A stretch of DNA of 64,000 bases from Pelolinea sp. (lineage in GTDB: Bacteria; Chloroflexota; Anaerolineae; Anaerolineales; Anaerolineaceae): NCBI GenBank assembly GCA_012797975.1, contig JAAZOD010000022.1:22797-86796 (forward strand), read 5' to 3'. How positions within the stretch are numbered: position 1 is the first letter of the stretch; every line of letters starts with the position of its first letter. The notes beneath the pieces are model-generated. The model did no database searches. It was not told the DNA's origin and saw nothing but the letters and a program-made list of their open reading frames with translations. Of the stretch, positions 52,776 to 61,898 are shown in pieces. Position numbers and translations under genes: made by a program.

Positions 52776-54002
52776 ATGGTTTCAAAAAATATCAAGGTAG
52801 TATTTGCGCTGGTTTTGGTGGCGACCCTGCTGCTGACCGCTTGCGCAAAAGGAACAAGTGAACCGGCAGCGAACTCGGAGGAGAGCGAAAAATTCGTTTT
52901 TGGCATGCTGCTGGTGGGTGCCTATAATGATCAGGGTTGGAACCAGGCACATTACGAAGCGGGTCTGTATGTGCAGGATCACATCCCCGGAACAGAAATG
53001 ATCTATATCGACAAGGTCAATACGGCTGACCGTCCCGGAACAACCCCCGACCAACTGGCGGAAGAACTGGTTGCCCAGGGTGCGAAGCTCATCATCTTTG
53101 ATTCTGATGATATGAAAGATGGTGCGCACGCGTTTGCTGCCGCACATCCTGATATTCCCGTGATCCATGCATCCGGTGATGGTGCTTGGGTGGATGGGAA
53201 TGCCTATCAAAACCTGCCCAATTTGGCCAATGTCATGGGCCGTATGGAGTATGGTAAGGAAATCGCTGGCTGTGCCGCTGCACTATCCTCAACTACCGGT
53301 AAGATCGGATACCTTGGCCCACTGATCAACGAAGAAACGCGCAGATTGACCGCTTCTGCGTATTTAGGTGCCAAGTACTGCTGGGAAAATGTAGCCGGCA
53401 AGGATCCTGCCGATCTGACATTTGAAGTGACGTGGATCGGTTTCTGGTCAAATATCCCTGGCGTTACCCTGGATCCAACCCAGGTTGCGGATGATTTCTT
53501 CAACCGTGGTTATGATGTGGTCATCTCAGGTATCGATACCACCGAAGCGTTGACCGAGGCCCAGAAATATGCCGATGAAGGTAATACCGTCTTCGCGATC
53601 CCCTATGATTTCAAAGGTGGTTGCGGTCAGACTTCCGGTGTTTGCCTGGGCGTTCCCTATTACAACTGGGGTCCGAGCTATACGAGCTATGTCCAGTCTG
53701 CCATCGATGGCAACTTTACCCCAAGCTGGGATTATCTGGCTCCAAATTGGGAAGATCTCAACAATCCTGATACTTCTGCGCTGGGGTTCGTCAAAGGCGA
53801 CGCTCTTCCGGAAGAGAATGGCGCAAAATTGGATGATTTCATCGCTGAATTGGCGGGCGGGTTGAACCTTTGGAAGGGTCCCCTGAATTTACAGGACGGG
53901 ACCGTTTTCTTGGCCGAGGGCGAAACTGCTACCGATTATCAGGTCTGGTATCTGCCCCAATTGCTGGAAGGTATGCTTGGATTAAGCACTGCGGCTGAAT
54001 AA
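52776..54002 (+). CDS. BMP-family (PnrA-like) ABC transporter substrate-binding lipoprotein
   Basis: Lipobox LLLTAC. FVFGMLLVGAYNDQGWNQAHYEAG is typical of BMP/nucleoside-binding SBPs. I preferred ATG 52776 (GGAGGAG 3-5 nt upstream) over 52764. Confidence 0.85.
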   Translation: MVSKNIKVVFALVLVATLLLTACAKGTSEPAANSEESEKFVFGMLLVGAYNDQGWNQAHYEAGLYVQDHIPGTEMIYIDKVNTADRPGTTPDQLAEELVAQGAKLIIFDSDDMKDGAHAFAAAHPDIPVIHASGDGAWVDGNAYQNLPNLANVMGRMEYGKEIAGCAAALSSTTGKIGYLGPLINEETRRLTASAYLGAKYCWENVAGKDPADLTFEVTWIGFWSNIPGVTLDPTQVADDFFNRGYDVVISGIDTTEALTEAQKYADEGNTVFAIPYDFKGGCGQTSGVCLGVPYYNWGPSYTSYVQSAIDGNFTPSWDYLAPNWEDLNNPDTSALGFVKGDALPEENGAKLDDFIAELAGGLNLWKGPLNLQDGTVFLAEGETATDYQVWYLPQLLEGMLGLSTAAE

Positions 54003-54018
54003 TATCGGATCAGTATAA

Positions 54019-54060
54019 AGAAGGGAAGAACGAGGTGTGTTTTTCCCTTCTTTCTCATTT
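54019..54060 (+). terminator. partial terminator / stabiliser hairpin after the SBP gene
   Basis: AGAAGGGAA (54019-54027) pairs with TTCCCTTCT (54043-54051), then TTCTCATTTTT. This arrangement is common between SBP and ATPase genes. Confidence 0.45.
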
Positions 54061-54067
54061 TTAGATC

Positions 54068-55534
54068 ATGGAAATAGAAATTCGAAATATTCATAAGTCG
54101 TTCGGTGCGGTGCATGCCAATGCCGGTATTTCTTTGACAGTCCATGCAGGTGAGATCCTGGGTGTTTTGGGCGAGAACGGTGCCGGAAAAACCACACTCA
54201 TGAAGATCTTGGCGGGATTGCAGCCCTGTGATGCAGGAGAAATCTACGTCGATGGCAAACTGGTGCATTTTCAATCTGCCGATTCGGCACTGGCCTTGGG
54301 CATTGGAATGCTTTCTCAAGATCCGCTTGATTTTCCCATGCTGACGATTTTTGACAATCTTTATCTGGGCCGAAAAAAAGGTTTTTTTATCCAGAAGAAC
54401 AGCTTTCGCAAGGAAGTGGAAAAAGTGGAAGATTTGCTCGCTTTCCATTTTAAGCTGAGCGAACTGGTTGGAACGCTCAGTATCGGAGAACGACAGCAAC
54501 TGGAGATCTTGCGCCTTCTTGTGTATGGGTCGGAGTTGATCATTTTGGATGAACCCACCACCGGCATCAGCACGCAGCAGAAAAAGCAATTATTCGATTT
54601 ATTGAAACGGTTGGCTGAACTTGGCAAGACGGTCATTTTTGTCACCCACAAACTGGCTGAAGTGAATGAACTGTGCCGGCGAACCATCGTTTTACGACAG
54701 GGAAAACTGGTGGGTGATGTGGCCTTGCCCTGCGGATCAGCATCCTTGATCCAGGCCATGTTTGGCAAAGCGGTTGACCTTCAAGATCCGCTGGATGTTT
54801 CTCGCTCGGAGGAGCAGTTCGAAGTGAGGCACCTGGTCATCAAGGATGCTCATTTTTTCTCCAACCCGGTGAATTTGAGCGTTCGCAAGGGTGAGATTCT
54901 GGGGTTGGCAGGCATGGAAGGATCGGGGCAAAAGGCATTTTTACGGACCCTGGCAGGCCTTGAGAAACCTTTGGATGGTGCTTTTTTCGATGAGGGGGAT
55001 GCCCTTCGTTGGGGTTCCACTCATTCTTTCACGAAACGCGGGGTCTATTTTATGCCTGCAGCGCGCATGGAAGAAGGATTGATCCAGGGCATGACCGTGC
55101 AGGAGCATTTCATCCTTTCGCAGCCGGCAGAGGAGATCATGATTGACCGCGAACGGTCGTGCAGGATCAGCGAAACGCGCATCAAGGAATTTTCCATCCA
55201 TGGTTCTTCTTCTTCCAACGCGGAAGAGTTGTCGGGTGGAAACCAGCAGCGTTTGTTGATCGCCATGCTGCCGGAGAGGGCTAGATTGTTGCTGCTGGAG
55301 AACCCGACCCGTGGGTTGGACATCGAGTCTACGAACTGGATCTGGGAAAAATTGCATGAACGCTGTAAGAAAGGGGCCAGCATTCTTTTTGCTTCTCCCG
55401 ATATGGAAGAATTGCTGCGCTTCAGCAATCGTATCCTGGTCTTTTTTGCCGGAAAGATATCTGAACCATTTTTCTCACGCGACCTGAATTCCGAGAAATT
55501 AGGTGCATTGATCGGAGGGGAAGGATGGCGGTAA
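54068..55534 (+). CDS. ABC transporter ATP-binding protein with duplicated NBDs (sugar/nucleoside type)
   Basis: GENGAGKTT...LSIGERQQ...ILDEPT, followed by a second, more degenerate NBD (GMEGSGQKA...LSGGNQQR...LLENPT). Confidence 0.9.
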   Translation: MEIEIRNIHKSFGAVHANAGISLTVHAGEILGVLGENGAGKTTLMKILAGLQPCDAGEIYVDGKLVHFQSADSALALGIGMLSQDPLDFPMLTIFDNLYLGRKKGFFIQKNSFRKEVEKVEDLLAFHFKLSELVGTLSIGERQQLEILRLLVYGSELIILDEPTTGISTQQKKQLFDLLKRLAELGKTVIFVTHKLAEVNELCRRTIVLRQGKLVGDVALPCGSASLIQAMFGKAVDLQDPLDVSRSEEQFEVRHLVIKDAHFFSNPVNLSVRKGEILGLAGMEGSGQKAFLRTLAGLEKPLDGAFFDEGDALRWGSTHSFTKRGVYFMPAARMEEGLIQGMTVQEHFILSQPAEEIMIDRERSCRISETRIKEFSIHGSSSSNAEELSGGNQQRLLIAMLPERARLLLLENPTRGLDIESTNWIWEKLHERCKKGASILFASPDMEELLRFSNRILVFFAGKISEPFFSRDLNSEKLGALIGGEGWR

Positions 55535-56610
55535 AAGAGAAAAAAATTGGGTTTGCTAAACGCTTACCTTCTTCTGCGGTGTTTTCGATCGCTTCTACGG
55601 TTGGCGCTTTGCTTTTTACCTCGTTCATTCTCTGGATGGCTGGCGCCCAACCGGGCTTGACCTTTGAAAAGATCCTGGCAGGTGCATTTGGTGATTCTGT
55701 AAAAATTGCCAATGGATTGGTGGTGTGGGTTCCGCTTTCCCTGACAGCAGGGGCCTTGATCATTACCTTCACGGCTGGCTTGTGGAACTTGGGTATTGAA
55801 GGGCAGATCATGCTGGGAGCTATTGCGGCAACCGGTACCTTGCGCGTTCTGCAGAATTCCTTGCTCTCACCCGTGCTGATCATCCTCTTTGCCTGCCTGA
55901 TGGGCATGGTGGGTGGGGCGCTGTGGGCTGCGCTGACGGGCATTTTGCGGTTGTTTGGTGGGGTGAGTGAGATTTTTGCAGGGGTTGGGCTGAATTTTGT
56001 CGCTACCGCACTTTCCCTGTGGCTCATTTTTGACCCCTGGAAGCGTCCCGGGGTTGGCTCGATGAGCGGTACGGAACCATTTGATGAACGGCTGTGGCTT
56101 GCAACGATACCCGGATATCGCTTGAGTCTCTGGTCGCTCGTTCTGGTGGTGGTTGTTTTTATCGGTTTGTTTATTTTGCTGAAGAAGACTCGCTTTGGCA
56201 TCCAGATCAAAGCCATTGGGAAAAACCTGGAAGCAGCGCGCTTGATGGGCATTCAGACTCGAAAACAGATGATGGCTGCCATGCTGCTGTGCGGTGGATT
56301 GGCCGGTTTGGCGGGTGCTTTGCAAGTTGTGGCGGTGTATCACCGCCTGATCCCATCCATTTCGTCCGGTTACGGATTCCTCGCCATGCTGGTTGCCATG
56401 TTGGCGAACAACAATTTGATGCTTGCCTTGCTGGTGGCATACCTCTTTGCCATTTTGAACATTGGTGGGATCCAGCTCCCGATTGTCCTTCATTTGGATT
56501 CAACGCTTTCGGGGGTTTTGCAGACGGCGCTGGTGCTTTTCTTTTTGATCATGAATGGAGTGAAGCAGCATTTGACGGAAAGAAAAGAAAGGAACAGGCA
56601 TGCAGAGTGA
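55525..56610 (+). CDS. ABC transporter permease (BMP/ribose-type)
   Basis: Polytopic. It overlaps the ATPase stop by 10 nt. Confidence 0.85.
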   Translation: MAVKEKKIGFAKRLPSSAVFSIASTVGALLFTSFILWMAGAQPGLTFEKILAGAFGDSVKIANGLVVWVPLSLTAGALIITFTAGLWNLGIEGQIMLGAIAATGTLRVLQNSLLSPVLIILFACLMGMVGGALWAALTGILRLFGGVSEIFAGVGLNFVATALSLWLIFDPWKRPGVGSMSGTEPFDERLWLATIPGYRLSLWSLVLVVVVFIGLFILLKKTRFGIQIKAIGKNLEAARLMGIQTRKQMMAAMLLCGGLAGLAGALQVVAVYHRLIPSISSGYGFLAMLVAMLANNNLMLALLVAYLFAILNIGGIQLPIVLHLDSTLSGVLQTALVLFFLIMNGVKQHLTERKERNRHAE

Positions 56611-57592
56611 TGTTCTTGTTGGGCTGGCTGGTGTGATCGCGTCTGCGGCTCCGATCGTGATCGCTGCGATCGGTGAAACGCTGACAGAAAAATCGGGAAT
56701 GCTGAACCTTTCTGTCAATGGCATCATCCTTTTGTCGGCCATGGGTGGTTTTGCAGTGTCTTACCGAACGGACAACCTGGCTGCAGGGTATCTGGCGGGA
56801 ATTCTCATCGGTGCCCTGATCGGTCTTATCCTGGCTTTCTGTACGCTCACCTTATATCAATCGCAGGTGGCAGTTGGTCTGGTGCTGGCTTTCCTTTGTC
56901 GTGATCTTTCCTATTTTCTGGGGAATGGTTTTATGGGATTGACCGCACCGGTCATGCATTCTGCAACGCTTCCGTTTCTTAGCGAACTGCCGGTTTTGGG
57001 CTCTTTGTTCTTTGACCAAACCGTGATGACGTATCTGAGTTTGCTGTGCATCCCGACTGCCCTAGTTTGGATCAACCACACCAGGTATGGGCTGGTCTTG
57101 CGGTCGGTGGGCGAAAGGCCCGAAGCGGCATTTGCGCGGGGGATTGATGTGAAGAAGGTGCGCTATCTGTATACGATTGTGGGAAGCGCATTGGTTGGGT
57201 TGGCCGGCCCGATCTATACCCTGGGATTGAAACCTGGTTGGAAGGGTTCCATGACCGGCTTGGATGGCATTGGTTGGATCGTTCTGGCGATCACCATTTT
57301 TGGCGGCTGGAATTCGTTTCGGGTGGCTTTGGGTGCCTATCTGTTCGAACTGCTGCGCTGGTTGGGTCTGGTCTATCAGGCCCAATGGAGTGGAGTGCCT
57401 TCTCAGGTTCTTCAGGTGGCGCCATTCCCGCTGATGATTTTGACCCTGGTGTTTGTGAATATGAAGAATTCGGAATGGTTTGAGAGTTTGATCAGCCTGC
57501 TGCCGCCCCCATTGTACAGATTCTTCTCCCTGAAAGGAAAACGGAACAAAGCCGCTCCCTCTTCACTAGGCATTCCATTTAGGAACGTGTAG
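56600..57592 (+). CDS. ABC transporter permease (second subunit)
   Basis: Polytopic. It overlaps the preceding gene by 11 nt. Confidence 0.85.
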   Translation: MQSDVLVGLAGVIASAAPIVIAAIGETLTEKSGMLNLSVNGIILLSAMGGFAVSYRTDNLAAGYLAGILIGALIGLILAFCTLTLYQSQVAVGLVLAFLCRDLSYFLGNGFMGLTAPVMHSATLPFLSELPVLGSLFFDQTVMTYLSLLCIPTALVWINHTRYGLVLRSVGERPEAAFARGIDVKKVRYLYTIVGSALVGLAGPIYTLGLKPGWKGSMTGLDGIGWIVLAITIFGGWNSFRVALGAYLFELLRWLGLVYQAQWSGVPSQVLQVAPFPLMILTLVFVNMKNSEWFESLISLLPPPLYRFFSLKGKRNKAAPSSLGIPFRNV

Positions 57593-57601
57593 AATATAGG
57601 C

Positions 57602-58843
57602 ATGAAAAAATTTCATGCCTATCGCTGCTCTGTTTGTCAGACAATCTTCGAACCCCAGGATGTTTTTTACACCTGCCCGCATGATGGCGGCAATGTTGAC
57701 GTATTGCTGGATTATGATTCGTTAAAGACGCAATCGCTGGTCGATCCGATCACGCAATCCCGCGATTTTTCGATCTGGCGCTACCTGCCTTTATTGCCTG
57801 TGGCAGATCCCGGATTCGAAAGAACGCCGCTGCATTCCGTGGGCTGGACCCCTGTCTATGAATCTCCTGTCTTGTCACGGCAGGCCGGTCTGAAGAAGCT
57901 GTGGATCAAAGATGACGGGCGCAACCCGACTGCATCGTATAAAGATCGTGCCAGTGCTGTGGTGGTTGCCAGGGCAGGCGAAGTGCATGCGGATGTGGTG
58001 GTCACCGCTTCTACCGGAAATGCCGGCGCGGCTCTGGCAGGTATGGCAGCCGCCTGTGGCCGCAAAGCCATCATTTTTGCACCCAAAACCGCACCGCAAG
58101 CCAAGATCGCTCAACTGCTCGTTTTTGGTGCGCAGGTCATTCTGGTGGATGGAAATTATGACCAGGCCTTTGACCTGTCCGTAGCAGCATCGCAAGAATT
58201 TGGTTGGTATTGTCGCAATACCGGCTACAATCCGTTCACCGCCGAAGGCAAAAAAACGGCTGCTTTCGAGATCTGGGAACAGATATTGCTTTCCCATGAA
58301 AAATTTGATAAAGATATTTGCGTTTTTGTCTCCGTCGGGGATGGGAATATCATTTCCGGTATTCATAAGGGCTTTAAGGATCTGAAAGAGCTGGGGTTGA
58401 TCGCATCGTTGCCCAGGATTTTCGGTATTCAATCCGAAGGGTCGTCAGCCATTGCCAATGCTTTTGATGCAAAGACCGAGGAGATCAAACCGGTGCATGC
58501 CACCACGCTGGCCGACAGTATTTCCGTTGACCTTCCCAGAGATGGCCTGCGTGCTGTGCGTGCCGCTACCCAAACGAATGGTGCTTTTATCAAGGTGAGT
58601 GACCAGGAGATCCTGGCTGCTATTGGAAAATTAGGGAAAGCCGGCATTTTCTCCGAGCCGGCGGGTGCCACGGCGTATGCGGGAGTGCTGAAGGCTTCTG
58701 CAGAAGGCCTTGTTGATGAAAATGATCCGGTGGTGTGTATGATCACCGGAAGCGGATTGAAAGATGTGAAAGCAGCTATGCAGGCGGTTCCACAGGCCCC
58801 CATTATTGAACCGAACATGGCTGCCTTGAAAAAGATTATCTGA
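57602..58843 (+). CDS. threonine-synthase-like PLP enzyme with an N-terminal zinc ribbon
   Basis: YRCSVCQ...YTCPHDGG ribbon, PLP-lysine region NPTASYKDRAS, and SAGNAGAA-like TGNAGAALA. Confidence 0.7.
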   Translation: MKKFHAYRCSVCQTIFEPQDVFYTCPHDGGNVDVLLDYDSLKTQSLVDPITQSRDFSIWRYLPLLPVADPGFERTPLHSVGWTPVYESPVLSRQAGLKKLWIKDDGRNPTASYKDRASAVVVARAGEVHADVVVTASTGNAGAALAGMAAACGRKAIIFAPKTAPQAKIAQLLVFGAQVILVDGNYDQAFDLSVAASQEFGWYCRNTGYNPFTAEGKKTAAFEIWEQILLSHEKFDKDICVFVSVGDGNIISGIHKGFKDLKELGLIASLPRIFGIQSEGSSAIANAFDAKTEEIKPVHATTLADSISVDLPRDGLRAVRAATQTNGAFIKVSDQEILAAIGKLGKAGIFSEPAGATAYAGVLKASAEGLVDENDPVVCMITGSGLKDVKAAMQAVPQAPIIEPNMAALKKII

Positions 58844-58856
58844 AAAGGAAAACAGC

Positions 58857-59816
58857 GTGCCAGAACGTAAACCGAAATATTCTGTGATCGCCCCGGTTTT
58901 TAATGAAGTGGAAGGGTTGGGGGAATTCTACAAGGTATTGAGATCGGTGATGGAAACGGTGGATGGTGCATGGGAACTGTTGCTGGTGGATGACGGTTCA
59001 TCGGATGGTTCGCGTGAGGTCATTTTAGATCTTGCTGCAAAGGATGAGCGCGTCGTTCCGCTCATCTTTACGCGCAACTTCGGACATCAAATTGCGGTGA
59101 CCGCGGGGATGGACCATGCTCGCGGTGATGCTATTGTGATCATTGATTCTGACCTGCAGGACCCTCCGCAGGTTATCCCGGAGTTGATTGCCAGATGGAA
59201 AGAGGGATATGAAGTGGTGTATGCGGTGCGCCGTGAACGGGAAGGAGAAACCTGGTTCAAACGCGTCAGCGCCTCTGCTTTCTATCGCCTGATCGACCGC
59301 ATTACCGATGTGCGCATCCCATTGGATACCGGTGATTTTCGCCTGCTTGATCGCGAAGTTTTAACAACGCTCAATGCCATGCGTGAAAAACAGCGCTTTT
59401 TACGCGGCATGTCTGCTTGGGTTGGTTTCAATCAGATTGGTGTGGAGTATGATCGAAAATCGCGTTTTGCCGGGAAATCGAAATACCCTTTCAAAAAAAT
59501 GCTGAAACTGGCGTTGAATGCCATCACCGGCTTTTCAACGCTGCCTTTGCAGCTTGCAGAATACAGCGGGATCGCTTTGCTGACGCTCAGTGCAGTCTAT
59601 GCTGTTCTGGCACTTGTCTACGCTGTCCTTAAAAAACCCCTTCTGCCTGGTCAATCGTTGACAGTATTTTTATTGCTGTTTTTGGGAGGATTGACATCGC
59701 TATTTTTAGGCATAATGGGGGAATATCTCAGCCGAATTTATGATGAAGCGAAAGGAAGACCGCTTTATATCCTTCGGACAAATCCAAAAAAACTGAAAGT
59801 CAAGGAGACAAAATGA
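58857..59816 (+). CDS. family 2 glycosyltransferase (polyprenyl-phosphate glycosyltransferase-like, 2 C-terminal TM helices)
   Basis: YSVIAPVFNE, LLVDDGSSDGS, VIIDSDLQDPP. GTG start. Confidence 0.85.
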   Translation: MPERKPKYSVIAPVFNEVEGLGEFYKVLRSVMETVDGAWELLLVDDGSSDGSREVILDLAAKDERVVPLIFTRNFGHQIAVTAGMDHARGDAIVIIDSDLQDPPQVIPELIARWKEGYEVVYAVRREREGETWFKRVSASAFYRLIDRITDVRIPLDTGDFRLLDREVLTTLNAMREKQRFLRGMSAWVGFNQIGVEYDRKSRFAGKSKYPFKKMLKLALNAITGFSTLPLQLAEYSGIALLTLSAVYAVLALVYAVLKKPLLPGQSLTVFLLLFLGGLTSLFLGIMGEYLSRIYDEAKGRPLYILRTNPKKLKVKETK

Positions 59817-61279
59817 CACGAATTGATCTGACTGTCCATGAAGATCGCCTGAAAAATTCAATCCAGCGAGCCCGGGAACGCAACATCATCATCCCCACTT
59901 TTGCACAGATGCGTGATCCTGACCGGATGCCGGAAAAGATCAAGGAGGAGCTTGCCGGTTTGGGGTTGTGGGATGTCAATCCGCGCAATTTGTACCGCAT
60001 TACTTGGAAGAACGAACCTAAGGAAAAGGGCGGAAGGTTTGATGGGGTGAATTTTATTGAGTTTCCTAAGGAATTAACCGGCGTCAATGCCCGCATCATT
60101 GCCTTGGTAGGGAAATGGTTCCCAACTGGCGCTCATAAAGTGGGAGCATCCTTTGGCTGTCTGGTCCCCCGCCTGGTGACCGGCCAATTCGATCCCATTC
60201 ATCAGAAAGCAGTCTGGCCTTCTACCGGCAATTTTTGCCGGGGCGGCGCCTATAATTCCACCCTGCTGGGGTGCAAGTCCATCGCCATTTTGCCGGAAGG
60301 CATGAGCAAGGAACGTTTCGATTGGTTGAAATCGGTGGCGGGGGAGATCATCGCCACACCTGGCAGTGAATCGAATGTAAAAGAGATCTACGATAAATGC
60401 TGGGAGCTGCGCAATTCGGGTGAAGATCTCATGATCTTTAACCAATTTGAAGAATTTGGGAATTACCTCTGGCATTATGAGATCACCGGCCATGCCATGC
60501 AGGAAGTGCTGGAACAGGTCATGGGACCGAACGATGAATTCTGCGGTGTCACCCTCACCACCGGTTCTGCCGGTACCATTGGTTGCGGCGATTACCTGAA
60601 GCAGGCTTTCCCGGGCAGCAAGATCGCGGCTGGCGAAGCGGTGCAGTGCCCGACATTATTGGAAAATGGTTTTGGCGCTCACCGCATTGAAGGCATTGGC
60701 GATAAACATGTGCCCTGGATTCACAATATCAAGAATACTGACTTGGTGATTGCCATTGATGATAATGTGGTGGTGAATATGGCACGCCTGTTCAACGAAC
60801 CGGAAGGGCGCAAATATCTGGCAGAGAAGGGTGTTCCGGAAGAAACCGTGTCCAAATTGGGATATCTTGGTTTCTCAGGCATTGCCAATATGTCCATGGC
60901 CATCAAGATGTCGAAGTATTATGAATTGGGTGAAAATGATGTGGTGTTGACCGTTTTGACCGATTCGATGGATCTGTACCAGAGCCGCTTGAAAGAAATG
61001 CATGCTGAATTTGGCGATTTTACCCGCACCGATGCAGCGGTGATCTTTGCGCGTGACCTGCACGGGCTGGCAACTGATTATATGCAGGAACTTTCTTATG
61101 CCGATCGCCGCAGAGTGCATAATTTGAAATATTTCACCTGGGTTGAACAGCAGGGTAAAACGTATGAAGAGATCTGCGACCAGTGGGAGAATCGGACTTA
61201 CTGGACCGAACTGCAAAGTCAGATCCCTGAGATTGATGCCCTCATCACAGAATTCAATAAGAAGGTTGGGCTTTTGTAA
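59813..61279 (+). CDS. fold-type II (Trp-synthase-beta-like) PLP-dependent enzyme, 488 aa, function unknown
   Basis: FPTGAHKVGASFG resembles the TrpB HTGAHK lysine motif, and STGNFCRGGAY follows. ATGA overlap with the GT2 stop. Confidence 0.6.
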   Translation: MTRIDLTVHEDRLKNSIQRARERNIIIPTFAQMRDPDRMPEKIKEELAGLGLWDVNPRNLYRITWKNEPKEKGGRFDGVNFIEFPKELTGVNARIIALVGKWFPTGAHKVGASFGCLVPRLVTGQFDPIHQKAVWPSTGNFCRGGAYNSTLLGCKSIAILPEGMSKERFDWLKSVAGEIIATPGSESNVKEIYDKCWELRNSGEDLMIFNQFEEFGNYLWHYEITGHAMQEVLEQVMGPNDEFCGVTLTTGSAGTIGCGDYLKQAFPGSKIAAGEAVQCPTLLENGFGAHRIEGIGDKHVPWIHNIKNTDLVIAIDDNVVVNMARLFNEPEGRKYLAEKGVPEETVSKLGYLGFSGIANMSMAIKMSKYYELGENDVVLTVLTDSMDLYQSRLKEMHAEFGDFTRTDAAVIFARDLHGLATDYMQELSYADRRRVHNLKYFTWVEQQGKTYEEICDQWENRTYWTELQSQIPEIDALITEFNKKVGLL

Positions 61280-61289
61280 GAGATATGCA

Positions 61290-61880
61290 ATGAACGATGT
61301 TCCTTCTTCAACCGATCTGGTGCTGGTTTGCCTGATCCCGCAGCCGCGCGATCTGGAGATCGCCCGGGTCCTGGGTTGGTATCGCATCCCGCTCAGGCAT
61401 GCGCCCAAGGTCGTTTTCGTTGATTGCCTGGCATTCTACCAGCCAGCCTCTTTTGGGAAGGAACATCAGTGGATGATCGAATATGTTGCCCCTGTGCGTG
61501 GTGTGGAATTGACCAGGCGCAGGGACTTGTTAAAGGAAGAGATCGATCATCCCAGAGCAGGGGATGAATATTACAAAATTGGCCTGGGTGATCTGGTGAA
61601 GCTTTCCAAACCCATCCCCGCTGATGTCTGGAAACGGATCACTTTTTTCTACACCAGCGGCGAACAGGTCCTTTGTGCAAATTCTATCTCTGACCTGCTC
61701 ATCGGACAGGCGCGAAAGGACCTTTTTCAAAACATTGGAATGGAACGCCGCAGCAGGTTTGCTGATATTCCAACAGGTGATATGGCAAAACTGCAGCAGG
61801 AATTTTTGCAGTATATTCTTGAAGTGAATGATGCTGTAAAGAAGAACGACCATGCCGTTCAGGAAGTTGACTTTGAGTGA
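61290..61880 (+). CDS. hypothetical protein (196 aa)
   Basis: I trimmed to ATG 61290, 10 nt after the preceding stop. The GWYRIP motif recalls a conserved uncharacterised family that I cannot name. Confidence 0.5.
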   Translation: MNDVPSSTDLVLVCLIPQPRDLEIARVLGWYRIPLRHAPKVVFVDCLAFYQPASFGKEHQWMIEYVAPVRGVELTRRRDLLKEEIDHPRAGDEYYKIGLGDLVKLSKPIPADVWKRITFFYTSGEQVLCANSISDLLIGQARKDLFQNIGMERRSRFADIPTGDMAKLQQEFLQYILEVNDAVKKNDHAVQEVDFE

Positions 61881-61898
61881 ATGGAAGGCGGATGACGG